In this document: positions 31,332 through 45,100 of the stretch, piece by piece
Layout of the letters: every line of letters starts with the position of its first letter
Position numbering within the stretch: the first letter of the stretch is position 1
Assembly: GCA_002104905.1 (NCBI GenBank)
Contig: MCFE01000103.1
Coordinates: forward strand, 1 to 64,000
Direction: 5' to 3'
DNA length: 64,000 nt
From: Basidiobolus meristosporus CBS 931.73
Taxonomy: Eukaryota > Fungi > Basidiobolomycota
Notes under the pieces: generated by a model
What the model was told of the DNA's origin: nothing
Seen by the model: only the letters and a program-made list of their open reading frames with translations
Databases searched by the model: none
Translations under genes and position numbers: made by a program

Positions 31332-33442
31332 GCTCCGATCTTGGTGGATCTTTGACCGTAGTAGTCAGTTTGGTATTAGCAATGGTTGTGATCCCAACAT
31401 GGTGCTACGAGTCCACTAGTACTGTTTGTAAGACAACTGGCTGGACGGTATGCTGTGTGACCTGGGATTTCGCGGTGGCTGTATTCAGCAATGAGTCATT
31501 TGGAGGAGCATAAGCGCCAAACGCAAGGATCATCCCAGTCTTAGCCCACCCACCGCTTCTAGTCACTTAGCCAGCCATCTACATGTTCATCCACGTAATC
31601 ATAGAATCAAGCTTTTGAATAAAAACCAACCGATCTACTGCAATTGATCGAATTCATGTCACCTTCCAGATCTTACCAGTATCTCCGATGATTTTGCTGA
31701 TAAGGATAGGTGCTCGCATCCATCCTTCTGGACATGGATAAATCTTTGCTGATGTGGTGGATCTTCGTCAATACGTATCGGCCATTGCAGCACACAGTGG
31801 ATCTGTGTTCAATCGAGTTGCAGGAACTCCACCCAGTAATAATAATGGTGTTCCATCGAACAGATGAACGAAGGTTAGATTGGCCAATGGTGACGCATCT
31901 ACTACTCCCTCCGCTCAGCCAATGGCCTGGTGGTACGAAATTAGCGGAGTATTGGCACAAAGCAATCTAAACAAATATGATTGCTACGGAGCCTTGAGAC
32001 TGGCAACATGCTTTTACTGGTATATGCATGCTGGGCCTGTGTTCTCCATGTTACGTTGCCACAATACGCTTCGAAGTGTTGGGGAAAGTGGGGATTGTAC
32101 GCTTGCATACCCGGCTGCGGATCAGTTGTTCGGCGGTCCACATGTACAAGGATAGAGTCCACGGAACATGAAACAAAGCGTTGGTAGTGAATGCATGGTT
32201 GGGGTAGCGAATCAGGTCAGAAGAGGATCGCTTTCCCCAGCCCACTGTACAGGCCCGGCCATCCCTTACCTAATCATTGTTCAATGGTGGTTCATGAACG
32301 GTACTCGACAATGGATATCCGAAAGCTGCATCACAATATTCACGTATCAGTCACACTATCGTTGGAGTTAGCATAGACCTATCCGTTAGATGGCAAACAA
32401 TATGCGTTGAGCTACTCCAACTGGATTATTTTTTGGCAGCGTCCACTTTACTAGTGGTGTGGATGGGTTTCTCTTCCTCGTGCACCCTCTCTGGTAAGAA
32501 ATCACTGCTTGCATACAAGTTGTGGGTTCGTTTCAGCACTGAGACATCCCAATAATATTGGTGGTACCATTCCATCATCACACCTGCGCCTAATCATGCC
32601 ATGTAGCTTAAATAATGGTGCATGAACAGCCAAGCTCGTAATGCTCCATCCATTAATGCATGTTATCTAATCCGATCCTGTGGATGAACTGGGTGAATAT
32701 GTTGGTGGGTGAATGCTTATGTAAGACAATCCATCGTCACATTCTGATTAACTGGTAAAGGGGGCTCTTTCTCCAACACAACGGTGCTTGATCTCGGGTT
32801 TCCTACTTCGGCCATGGAAACCAGGATTCCTGGCCAAGACTCTGTACTCACCCTCCCTCATATATACTTCCCCCCAAACAGGACCTGCATTGATAGTCTT
32901 GGAAATCAAAACCTTGGACCGAGAAGTGAAACCAGTGGAGTTGAGGCTCGGTCACAAGCCATCTTCTGGTGGTCACATTGAGCTAGCATGGATCGTTGAT
33001 GGATCTTGTTACCCTGCAAAGATGTACACTCATATATGGAATGCTGGACATAGAATCATCTATGCCATATTTGGGGTTGGAGGTTCTCAATCAGCCAAAA
33101 AGGATGCTCTCACCTAATCCAAATCCAAATCCATCACCAGAATGTTGACCAGTTGCCACACAAAGGAGAAAAAAGGGAGGAAATCCTCATCACCATGTGG
33201 ACTGTAGCAGTGTGCATGCTGAACAGCTCTTACAGTCAACACTTGAATACCTTAGAATGACCAGCAAAGACCAAGATATTCATGGTCAAGAGGATTATGG
33301 ACCACAGCAGTTGGGCATTATTGGAAGCAATCAGGAGTACCAAAGGATATTCATCATATTCACCAATTGTTGTATAGAGTTCCAGTAAAGTGCTCATACT
33401 GCTGGTTCACTGGTACAGATATGCTGTGCCCCTCTGGCATAC

Positions 33443-34002
33443 ATGGTTCAATGTGGCAGTATTCAGTGGAGCAAGTCTAGTATGTCACCCTCTGTAAGAA
33501 AGGCTCTGGATGAGCACATCAGGGTTAGAAAGCATACAATGGAGGCAATCCAAGGTAACCAGGCTAATGACAGTACAGGGAAGCCAGGAAATCTGCTATC
33601 TGAGTCAAAACCAGAGACTATTAACTCTTGGCATCTGCAACCACTACTGGAACTGTGCATGATCAAGAAATCCTTATTCACATAGACAGTGAGTGTGAGC
33701 TATGTGTCATGCATTTGGAGCCTTAGAGCATGCTAGGATACAAAGACCTTATGCTCATAGACACTAACATCAACCATAGCATGAAAGATACTAACTAAGG
33801 GCAATCAATGCTTTTGAGAATCATCCATAGTTTCCCTCTCACCACTGAAAGAATACCTCATGACTTTCCAGTCTTCATTTGTGCAAAGGCCAGTTTTGAG
33901 TTACTTCTTGGAAGGCCATGGGAGCCAAAGGCAAGAGCAACTGCAATAAATTATGCAGATGGCTTGTATTGTATACCCTATACCCAAAGGGCCCTGGTCT
34001 AA
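33443..34002 (+). mobile_element. Decayed Ty3/Gypsy-type gag-protease linker and aspartic protease relic
   Basis: SPSVRKALDEH linker, IDSECELCVM (DSG motif mutated), FPVFICAKASFELLLGRPW; broken by frameshifts and stops. Confidence 0.65.
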
Positions 34003-34379
34003 AAGCCACTTTTTGCAGAGTAGACTCAAACAATATCCAATCTATGAGATCATGCAGCCTTTATCCCAAGAGTAGCTAGAGGGCTGGCTTGAGGATCCCC
34101 AATAAAGCACTTTATTCTCCATTCTTACAGAGCTTAGCTGAAAAGTTCCCTGAGACTTTTTAGCTGAAGTGGGGGGGGGGGTGGATGTGGTAGGGTAAAG
34201 ATACCTCCCACAGACAAGTTTACCCACACAGCTGTTATACTGCACATAACTATATTTCATCTCATCAGTATCATCCCATTACTCTCCATCCTATGATCAG
34301 CATTATCCCCACATGATATCCATCCTGATTGATTGTTTGCATTAGTTGTCCATATTTTATTAGGCTCTGTGATCAGCAG

Positions 34380-36245
34380 ATTTATCTGCAATAGGCAAGT
34401 ACCCAAACTAGTACCAATAGCATATAGCTAATATATTTGTTTCCAACCATATCATTTCAGTGCCATATATAGTATCAATGGATTACACAGGTTTCAGACT
34501 CCTGATCCTTTGCCAATTGGATGTGCTGTGCCTTCTAGAGCCTTCCAGTACCCACTTACAATATTCTTAACTCATTGTGATGTCATTAAAATTTCCACTG
34601 ATCCCTGGAATCTTCCAGAACTTTGCCACTTGTAGGTACTTGTAATCAGAAAGGTACATAAGGAAGTCAATCCCTTATCAATTAATCATCCCTCTGGACA
34701 GTAGCAGTTTGCCCTTATTGATTAGCAGTTGCTTACTACTCCTCTCTGCCATCAAGGACCTTTCCAGGGTAGTAAACAAGGGCATATAAATGCATTTATA
34801 GTTACTTGGGGCATTTAGGAAGCCAGAGAAGCAGAAGCTTTGCCATAATGTTGTAGTAAAAGCAACTCTAGCAGCTTAGACCTAAAGGCTATTGCACCCA
34901 TCAGCCATTTCACACACATTAAGTTAGGTGGCTTTTGCCAGGAGTAGTCCTACATCACCACAGCATCTATCATCTAGATCTCCCCCAATTTGAGTCACTA
35001 TAGCTATCAGATCTTTGCATATTAGCAGCTCCAAATATTCTAGAACCATATTTGAGGGACCCAAAAAATACCTGGGAAATTGTTCAACTGTTACAAATCA
35101 ATCAGGTGCATGCATCAGCCTGTATTGACTAGCAACTTCTGCAGCTACTGCAATATCTGGACAGGTAGTATTTATACCATTAAGAACATCAGGCTACCTA
35201 CCATTTGCTATTGGGGAAAGTTTTGGGCTAAATTGGAACAATCTAAACTGAAATTTAATGAGATTTGCTCATTTTAGGTTATTTTCCATGAGAGTTGCTA
35301 TACACTTCTAATTCCCCAATTTGAAGCATCTAAGCATGTCTTTATATACTTGAACTGAGTTGCCATGATATTCTGCATAGGCAAGTCCAATATGACTGGA
35401 ATTTGTAGAAAATGGCTTAATTTTCCCTGATCTTACAACTCAAACATGCTGGAAAGATCTAATTTTGTTGGTTTAAGCACCTCTTGGTCACCTAGAGCTA
35501 TTGTCAGATTATCAATATAAGCTACCAGTATAAATTACCTGAATCTGAGCAATTTCATTCTTATACTCTGATCTGCAGTGCTAGGAAAGATCCCAGTCAC
35601 TTCCACAAATGTGTCAATCTTGTTATACCATGCTGTGGGTACCTGCAAAACCCGTTAACTGATTTTATTAGTCTGCACTCTTCTTGGGGACCCTTGGATC
35701 ATTGAGACCATCTGGCAGCTCCATATATATACTGCCTTGCAGATCTCTATTTGGGATGGCTACCTCTGTGTCCATTTGATATGCATCAAGACTGTATACT
35801 GTTGCCCAGGCTAGAGCTGTCCCAAGGAAGTTTAACCTGACTGCTATTGCAAATGTTTCATTGAAGTCTAGCCCATTGCTGTTGTCATGACCTTGAGCCA
35901 CTAATCATGCCTTTGGCATTTCAGCTGAACTCTTTGATGCTATTTTCATTCAGTATAAGCATCTAAACCCAATTGTCTTTCTCCCATTGAGTAAATTTAC
36001 TAATTCCCATGTTTTGCCTTGATCAGCAACCATTACTCCCCATGTATGACTTGCTGCCACATAGTCTCATCTAAGCCATTCATTAACTGATCAGGATTCT
36101 GTGGTTTTGCCCATAAGTCAAAATATAGTTTGTCATGCACATAGAATGTCTGCAACCAAGATCCCAGTGTACATATTATTCAAGTAGATTTCCAAACTGT
36201 AGCTATCTAGGCAGATATGAGACAAGAAAGGGTTTCATCCATATT
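34380..36245 (-). mobile_element. Decayed Ty1/Copia RT-RNaseH fragment (reverse strand); limits approximate
   Basis: AQGHDNSNGLDFNETFA...YQMDTEVAIPNRDLQGSIYMELPDG matches Copia RT; RNaseH-like HID and IAD remnants near 34400-34480. Confidence 0.75.
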
Positions 36246-36247
36246 CT

Positions 36248-36514
36248 TGCTGTAAAAGATTGTAATTCCACCTAATTAATTGCTTATCATAGTCACTTAG
36301 ATCACCACCTTCAAATATTAGGTTAGTTGTTGAAACAGCCCCAAACTTTGCACATACATTCTTTGGACCTTCCTACAACTATTCTATGTGTTTGTTATGC
36401 CAAGACCATGTAAAAGTCTGAATACTGCTTTACATACAATAAATCATTAAGTGAAAACTACATAATCTTCTGGTTGTCCCAATCACTTCCAATATCTCTA
36501 AGACTCTTACAACA
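36248..36514 (+). mobile_element. Internally deleted Copia LTR (same family as 37945 and 42161)
   Basis: TGCTGTAAAAG...CTCTTACAACA aligns to the 350-bp LTR with about 85 bp missing; no TSD found. Confidence 0.8.
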
Positions 36515-36668
36515 GCATAAAAGCTGCAGATGCACCAAGTTGGCATTGATAATTTGCTACTGGATAAATACTCTTACAATGTCAACATATGATTCCCAAT
36601 GCTTCCAATATATTTTTGGTATAAATGGCTTCAGAAGGCTACTTGAATAAACACATACATAGCTACCC
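36515..36668 (-). mobile_element. Short fragment of the CACTA/CMC-type transposase gene
   Basis: Aligns by eye to ~47320-47470 and ~53490-53640. Confidence 0.6.
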
Positions 36669-37944
36669 CAGTGGAGACAAACCTTAGCTTGGTCAAAACT
36701 CAACCAATCCAAGAGAGCTTGATGTCATCTGAAAGCCCTAACTTACCTTGTCAATCCATGGTTGGCAATCTGATGGATATCATGCTCAGAACACATCCAG
36801 ATATCTCATATTCAGTCAAAGTTGGCAGCCCACACAGTCCAAACTATGGATCAGATCATATTGCAGCAGTGAAGCAGGTTTTTAGATACCTAAAAGGACC
36901 TGCAGATATCTGCTTAACGTACACCTATAAGGATTCTGAAGAAGATCTTGTGGCATAATCTGATGCTAATTGGGGATAATGTTTAGAAGATAGAAGATCC
37001 ACCACCCAATACACCTATTACTAATGTAAAGCAGCAATTTCATGGAATTCAACAAAGCAACCAACTTTAGGACTTTCTATCACAGGGGCAGAGTACATGG
37101 CTGTCTGTAAAGCTACCAAAGAAGAATGTGGCCAAGAAAGCCTTCTAAATACTTAGATTCATGTTAAAATATACCTACTACTGTATTTTAAGATAATCAT
37201 GAATATATAGAGTTAGGTAAAAATCCAACTTTATGCCAGAGATAAGCATATATATATTAGACATCAATCATACATGAAGCTATAGAGAATAACTTGGTTA
37301 ACTTGGTATACTATCCTACAGAGGAAATGATTGCAGACATAATAACCATACTATTAGCTAGACCAACCTGAATATATTTTGTCAAAATTAGGACTATTAG
37401 GTATTGTTGCAATATTCTGAGGAGTATTGGAAGTTATGTGGAGAACTAGAGGATTTACATGTTATTCACTTATACATTTATAGATCAAAAGTATGGTATT
37501 AATACTTTTGATGAAGTACAGCAAACAAATGTATAGAGTTTGCTAAGGAAGGACCCAAGAATAGGTGTGCAAAGTTTGGGGGCTTTTGGACAGCTTTGAG
37601 AAAGATCATAATCTGGGTATCTGATAATTTGGTGAAAATATTCTAAGTAAATCCCAACAAGAAATTTGGTCAGGACAGAATGCTAATCAAAGAATAAGAT
37701 CTATGTGACTAAGTTAGCATAAATATTTTGGTGACAACTTAATAATTACAACAGGTATGAGCTTTAGTTGGATGGGTGTTGTAAAAATTTGCAATTTTAC
37801 CTAGATACTCACCTAACTTGGTCACTCAGATTATACCCACAAATCTTAGAGAATACTGACCAAATGCATTGTTGGGATTTAGCTTGAATATTTTCATAAA
37901 AAAACTGGTATTCAGAAACATGAAAATTCTCAAAGTGCCCAAAC
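36669..37944 (+). mobile_element. 3' fragment of a Copia element (RT end, RNaseH, PPT, truncated 3' LTR 37777-37944)
   Basis: QSMVGNLM...THPDISYSV...AAVKQVFRYLKG, DANWG; purine-rich GTTGGATGGG before an LTR starting TGTTGTAAAAATTTG; homologous to 45510-46810. Confidence 0.85.
37405..37753 (-). mobile_element. Reverse-oriented solo Copia LTR (349 bp) with 5-bp TSD GGTAT
   Basis: Reverse complement aligns along its length to the 42161 LTR; GGTAT at 37400-37404 and 37754-37758. Confidence 0.88.
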
Positions 37945-40900
37945 TGTTGTAAAAATTTGTAATTCCACCTAAATATTCATCTAACTTAGTCACTTAGATC
38001 ATTACCTTCAAATTCCAGAGAATACTGGCCACATTCCTTGTTGGGTTTACTTAGAATATATTCACCAAAATACCAGATACCCAGAACATGAAAATTCTCA
38101 AAGTTGTCCAAACAGCCCCAGACTTGCCCACATGTTCTTGGGACATTCCTTAGCCTATTCACATGTTTGTAATGCCAAGACCATGTAAACATATAAGTAC
38201 TACTTTTACATTCAATAAATTGTTAAGTGAGAACCTCATAATCTACTTGTCCTCCCAATCACTTCCAATATCTCCAAGACTCTTACAATAGGTTATGAGC
38301 CCCAAGCTCTCACTCTCTGCAATGTCTACCACTGTTATTACTGGTATTTTTCCCTCTGCTGAAAACTTAGATGGATCTAACTACCAGGTGTGGAAGGTCA
38401 AGATGAAGATGCTGCTACAACAAAGAGGCCTTTTGAATATTGTCATGGGAGAAGAATGCCCTCCTAGAAACATGGGAGAGGAAGCCTTAAAGTACCAGAA
38501 GAAAGAACAAAGTGCCTTCAACTGCATTTGCCTTAATGTTAAAGACAAACTGCCAATTCAATGCTCAAGAGTAAAAACAGCAAAGAATGCCTGGAAGGCA
38601 TCAGAAGACACCTACTAGTCATATTCAGCTGCCAAGAAAATGTATCTGAGACAAAATTCTTTACTACAAAGGTGCAGCCAGGAGAAGAAAAGAAAAAGCT
38701 AATTAACAGAATTACCCTGCTGGTAGATGAAATGGAATCTGTGGGTGTACCAACTACTGATAAGGATGTGATAGTCACCATCCTGCATAGCCCAACATAC
38801 AAGTTTCAGGGTCGTGTATTGGCCATAGAGTCCAGAACCAAAGATTTGACCTTAAATTATGTATATGGAAGGCTCTTGAATGACAAATTAAGAAAATCAA
38901 GTGCCAATCAGAAGGAAGAAGAAAGTGCTTTAGTAAGCAATGATAACCAACAAAGAAGGTACCCAAGACCCTACCAAGGCAACATCAACCTGTTTTGCAA
39001 CTACTGCAAAAGGAAAGAACACACATCAGACTGGTGTCTTAAAAAGAGAGATAATCAGCAAAAGAAGCCTGAATATGGAAATACTGCAACAACTGAAGAT
39101 AGACTATTCATATCTGCACTAAATATGGCCACAAACAAAGATTCTTAGACATGGCAAATTGAATCTGGAGCACCTTAATACTCTACACACAAAAAAGAAC
39201 CTTTTACCCAATAAAAAAAATTTTAATTAAGAAGGTTTTCATGGGTGATGATAGAACACTTGATGCAGAGGGAGAAGGAACTGTCCAAGTAACCCTTAGA
39301 AGCAGTAAAGGAAGCAATACACAGACTTTTAAAGAAGTACTCTATGTACCAGCAATAGCCAAGAACCTACTATCTGTAAGCAAGGACACAGCAGGAGGAC
39401 TCAGTTTCAGCTTTGACAATTCTGGCTGCAGGATCACTGATCAAAATGGTGCCCATATTGCCTTGGGTATCAGAGATCAAAATCTATGCAAGTTGACTTA
39501 TATTCTATCATACTTGGAAGCCAATATAAGTAACTTACATGAAGAAACACCAATGCTTTGGTGCAGGATATTTGGACACATCAATGTTGATTATTTGCTC
39601 AAAATGATCAAAGATCAGCTAATTTCTGGAGTAAAAATTGATCCCCAGCTAATTTGGAGCACTGTGGGACCTGCATATATGGGAACCAAACCAGACATCC
39701 ATTCAAGAGCTCTGGGTAAATCAAAACTAAGAAAATATTAGATCTAATTCACTCAGATCTGTGTGGACCTATGCAAAATTCATCCTTTGGCAGGATGAGA
39801 TATTTAGTCACTTTTATTGATGATTATACAAGATACATGTAGGTCTACTCCATGGAGAGGAAGGAAGAAGCTCTGTCTAAGCTCATGCAGTGTGAAGCCA
39901 TGGTGGAGAGAGAAACATGTGAAAAAATCAAGAAAATACCCTCTGACAATGGTGGAGAATACACCTTGAAACTCTTCATCCACTTCTGCAAAATTCATGG
40001 GATAAAGCAAGAGACTGCGGTACCATGCTCCCCACAGCAAAATGGAGTAGCAGAATGTGCCAACAGAGCAATAATTGATATGGCAAGATCAATGATCCAT
40101 GATCAAAAATTATTCCATGATTTTTGGGCAGAATCAATTGCCACTGTTGTATACCTTAAAAAGAGGAGTTATAACAGAATACTTTGTAGTTCTACTTCAT
40201 TTGAAGTATGGTATGGGTACAGACCAAGTGCAGACATCTAAAAATATTTGGGTGTAGAGCATATGCCAAGAAACTGCCTGGAAATCAGTCAAGATTTAAG
40301 CCAAAAAGTGCAAAATGCACATTTTTGGGCTACTGCAATGAGAATAAGGCATAAAGACTCTACAATTCTAAAGCAAAGAAGCTAATCAAGTCCAGGGATG
40401 TGTTGTTGGATGAAAATTCAAAATTTTCACAAAAAATGACATTATATGATGGTGAGAATATGATCTCAAGTCCACCAATAGTCAGGATTGAATCAGAGCA
40501 AAACAATAGCAGCTTTTTGACTCCAGTGGACTCTACAACTGTATTTAAGCTAGAATCAGTGCCCAGGAATATCCCAGAAGTGATCACTCCAGTGTCAAAT
40601 GCCCAGAGATCCAATTGGACAAGAAATAACCTAAATTACTATATCAATGAGGGTACAAACTTAGTCTATGCTTATTCAGTCCATATTGATGATCCCCAGA
40701 CTGTAAATGAGGCCCTAAATAGCACTCAGATGAAGCTCTGGAGATCTGCAATGACTGAGGAATATCAGGCCCTGATTGAAAATCAAGCTTGGGACTTAGT
40801 CAAGTTACCAATCAACCAAAAATCAATTGGATGCAGATGGGTCTTCAAAGAAAAATTCAAGGCTAATAGTACAATTAGCAGATATAAAATACAACTTGTG

Positions 40901-41013
40901 GCCAAGTAATATCCTCAAACAAGAGGACAAGACTATACTGAAACCTTTGCACTAGTAGCCAAGTTTAATTCCTTCCAACAAGTACTGACTGTTGCAGCTA
41001 AATACAGGCTCTA
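37945..41013 (+). mobile_element. 3'-truncated Copia element B, inserted into the LTR at 37777
   Basis: 5' LTR 37945-38290, PBS GGTTATGAGCCC, gag (LDGSNYQVWKVKMKMLL, CNYCKRKEHTSDWC), protease (MGDDRTLDAEGEG), integrase (PQQNGVAECANR), RT start (WDLVKLP..IGCRWVFK); multiple stops. Confidence 0.9.
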
Positions 41014-42160
41014 TATGAAATATAATTTAGTCCGGCAGGTGGATCCAATCTGGATCAGCTGTCAGGATCCCACAATGAGTCTGTCATAATGCTAACAGCT
41101 TGGAATTATTGACTATCCACACAATTTTATGATAGGATTGTAATGGCATTTTGCTGACTTTACTGCAAAATAAAGTATAACACTTCACAGTGTTTGAGCA
41201 GTGTTTTGACAAGAATTGCATCGCATTCTAGCAATCTTAATGTGCTCTACATTGATTTGAGTGGACCTACCTGGCCAATACATCCAATTCTCTGATTTGG
41301 CAAGGCACTTGACAGTGTTTGGGTGGCCTCATAGTAAACCTTTACTGGCACTTAACAGTAGTACAGCAGCCTACAGCTAGTACTATATAAGGCTACTTTA
41401 CTAATTTACCAAATGTTGTTTACTTTTTCTACCTCCCACTGCACCATTCATACATTCCACAGTAGAATTGCCCTTCTTTATTTGCTTACCCACTACCACC
41501 TTAGGTACTCCACATATAGTTCAAGTCAGAAAACTATAGCCTCCTGCATACTGACCTGTAGGTACATGCATGCATGCTGCAATTGACATACTTCTATCAC
41601 CTCAGATCTATGTCACTTTAGTGTGATGCTTGCAAAGTTGCCATATACCTTATATTACTGGTAACATATACATCATGCAAACATATCCTGGGTTACCACC
41701 ACTTTTGCCATGAATATCTCCTGAAAATCCACAAAGAACTCTGTAGTATTTAGCCAATATATTCCTTCTCCCTGCTGGATTCTAGTCCCCCTTATAGGTG
41801 TGCTCTGGCTTTTGTTTGTGTGAATTCTGTATTGAATGGTGTAGAAGTTGGCTTGTGACCATGAGAAATCTGGCATATCTTGGTGGAGTTTTCCTGATAA
41901 AAATTAGTTGCTTGTTGCACCCAACCCAACTTTGCATTACTTAACTGATTACCCATGCATTTGGGCTGCTTAGCCTTTTAATGCCAAAGGCATAGGTGTC
42001 TCCATGCATATATTTGTCTTCAGTATTTTCCAACTCTTATTTGCTGTCCTCTATGTGCCAACTCATCAAAGTCATAATGAACTTGAAGGTAGTATTCTTA
42101 ATGAAATTGGGATATGGTAGTAACTGCAACTTGATTTGTCTTCCTATCACCCCACACATC

Positions 42161-45100
42161 TGTTGTAAAAATTTGTAGTTCAGTCTAAATACTCACCTAA
42201 CTTAGTCACTTAGATCATTACTGTCAAATCCTAGAGAATACTGACCAAATTCCTTGATGGAATTTACTTAGAATATTTTCACCAAAATACCATGTACCCA
42301 GTACATGAGAATTCTCAAAGTTGTCCAAACAGCCCCAAACTTTGCATGCATGTTCTTGGGACCTTCCTTAACCCATTCTACATGTCTTTTATGCTAAGAT
42401 CTTGTAAAAGTATAAATACTACTTTTACATTCAATAATTCATTGAGTGAAATCTACATAGTCTACTAGATCTCCTAAATCACTTCCAATATCTCCAAGAC
42501 TCTTACAACAGGTTATCAGCCCCAAGCTGTCACTCTCTGCAATGTCTACCACTGCTATTACTGGAATTCTCCCCTTTACTGAAAAATTGGATGGATCTAT
42601 CTACCAAGCATGGAAGGTGAAGATGAAGATGCTGCTACAAGAAAGAGGCCTTTTGAATACTGTCATGGGAGAAGAATGCCCTCCTAAAAATGTGGGAGAG
42701 GAAGCCACAAAGTACCAGAATAAAGAACAAAGTGCCTTCAACTGCATTTGCCCTAATGTTAAAGACACACTGCCAATTCAATGGTCAAGAGTAGAAACAG
42801 CAAAGAATGCCTGGAAGGCATCAGAAGACACCTACCAGTCATGTTCAGCTGCTACAAAACTGTACCTGCAACAAAAACTCTTTGTTACAAAATGCAGCCA
42901 AGAGAAAAAATGAAAAAGCTAATTAACGGAATTACCCTGCTGGTAGAAGAGATGAAAGCTTTGAGTGTACCAACTACTGATGAGGATATGATAGTAACCA
43001 TCCTGAATAGCCTGACAGACAGGTTTCAAGGCCTTGTATCAGCCCTAGAGTCCAAAACTGAAGATTTGACCTTAAATTACATATATGGAAGGCTCCTAGA
43101 TGAAGAATCAAGAAAATCAGGGTCCAATAAGAAGGAAGAAGAAAATGGTTTAATCAGCAGTGATAACCAATCATGGAGGTGCCCAAGACCTTACAAAGGC
43201 AACAGCAACCTGTTTTGCAACTACTGCTAAAAGAAAGGACACACATAAAACCAGCGTCTCAAAAAGAGAGATAATCAGTAAAAGAAGCCTGAATATGGAA
43301 ATACTGCAACAACTGAAGATAGACTATTCATATCTGCACTAAATATGACCACAAACAAGGATTCTCAGATGTGGGACACTGATTCAGAAGCATCTCTACA
43401 CTTAACACACCAAAAAGAACTTTTACTCAATATCAAGAAATTCTAATTCAGAAGGTTGGCAGGGGTGTCAATAGAACACTTGATGCAGTAGGAGAAGGAA
43501 CTATTCAAGTAAACCTTAAAAGTAGTGAAGGAAGCCATACACTGGCCATTAAAGAAGTACTCCATGTACCAGAAATAGCCAAGAACCTACTGTCTGTAAG
43601 CTAGGCCACTGTAGAAGGACTCAGTTTCAGCTTTGACAATTCTGGATCCAAGATCACTGATCACAATAGTGCCCATATCGCTTTGGATATCAGAGATCAA
43701 AAACTATACAGGTTTACTTGTATTCCATCATGTCTGGAAGCCAATATAAGTAACTTAAATGAAGAAACACCAATGCTTTGGCACACAAGATTTGGGCACA
43801 GCAATTTTGATTATTTGCGCAAAAGGATCAAAGATCAGCTAATTTCTGGAGTAAAAATTGATCCCCAGCTAATTTGGAGAACTGTGAAGACTGCATATAT
43901 GGGAAGCAAGCTAGATAGCTGTTTAAGAGGTCTGGGTTAATTAAAACTAAGAAAATATTAGATCTAATTCACTCAGATCTGTGTGGACCTATGCAAAATT
44001 CATCCTTTGGCAGGATGAGATATTTAATCACTTTTATTGATGATTATACAAGATACATGTGGGTCTACTCCATGGAGAGAAAGGAAGAAGCTCTGTCTAA
44101 GCCCATGGAGTGTGAAGCCATGGTGGAGAGAGAAACCTGTGAAAAAATCAAGAAAATACCCTCTGACAATGATGGAGAATATTCCTCAAAACTCTTCATC
44201 CACTTCTGCAATATTTATGGTATAAAGCAAGAGACTACTGTACTATACTCCCCACAGCAAAATGGAGTAGCAGAATGTGCCAACAGATCAATAATTGATA
44301 TAGCAAGATCCATGATCCATGATCAAAAATTATCCTATGATTTTTAGGTGGAACCAGTTGTCACTGTTGTATACCTCAAAAATAGGAGTTATAGTAGGAT
44401 ACCTTGTGATTCTACTCCATTTGAAGCATGGAATCAATATTGACCAAGTGCAGAACATCTAAAAATATTTAGGTGTACAGCATATGTTAAGAAACTGCCC
44501 AGAAATCAGCTAAAATTTGAGCCAAAAAATGTAAAATGCAAACTTCTGAGCTACTGCAATGAGAGTAAGGTATTCAGACTCTACAATATCAAAGTAAAGA
44601 TGCTAATCAAGTCCAGGGATGTGCTGTTTGATGAAAATTCAAGATTTTCACAAAAAACAACACCAGACAATGATGAAAATTTGATCATAAGTCTACCAAT
44701 TGTCAAAATTGAATCAGAGCAAAACAATGAGAATTTTTTCACTCCAGAGGACTGTACAACCATGGTTCCACCTGGATCAGTTCCCAGGAATATCCACAAG
44801 TGACTTAGGCAAGTTGCCAATCAACCAAAATCAATTGGATGCAGATGGGCCTTCAAGATGAGATACAAGGCTGATGGTACAATTCAAAGATAAAAAGCAA
44901 GACTTATGGCCAAAGAATACTCTCAAGCAAAAGGACCTGACTATACTTAGACCTTTGCACTGGTAGCCAAGTTTAATTCCATCATATTGATATTGGCTAT
45001 TGCAGCCAAATATAAGCTTTTTATTCATCAAATGGATGTAAAAACTGTATTTTTGAATGGAGAACTTTATGAGGACATGTGTATGGACCAGCCTGATGGG

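Noticed and set aside
37419-37762. Apparent Copia subfamily with a flipped LTR (PPT-like GAGGAG before, PBS-like GGTATGAGC after)
   Set aside because: The reversed LTR extends to 37405 (full 349 bp) and is flanked by the TSD GGTAT, so it is an ordinary reverse solo-LTR insertion; the 'PBS' is TSD plus target sequence.
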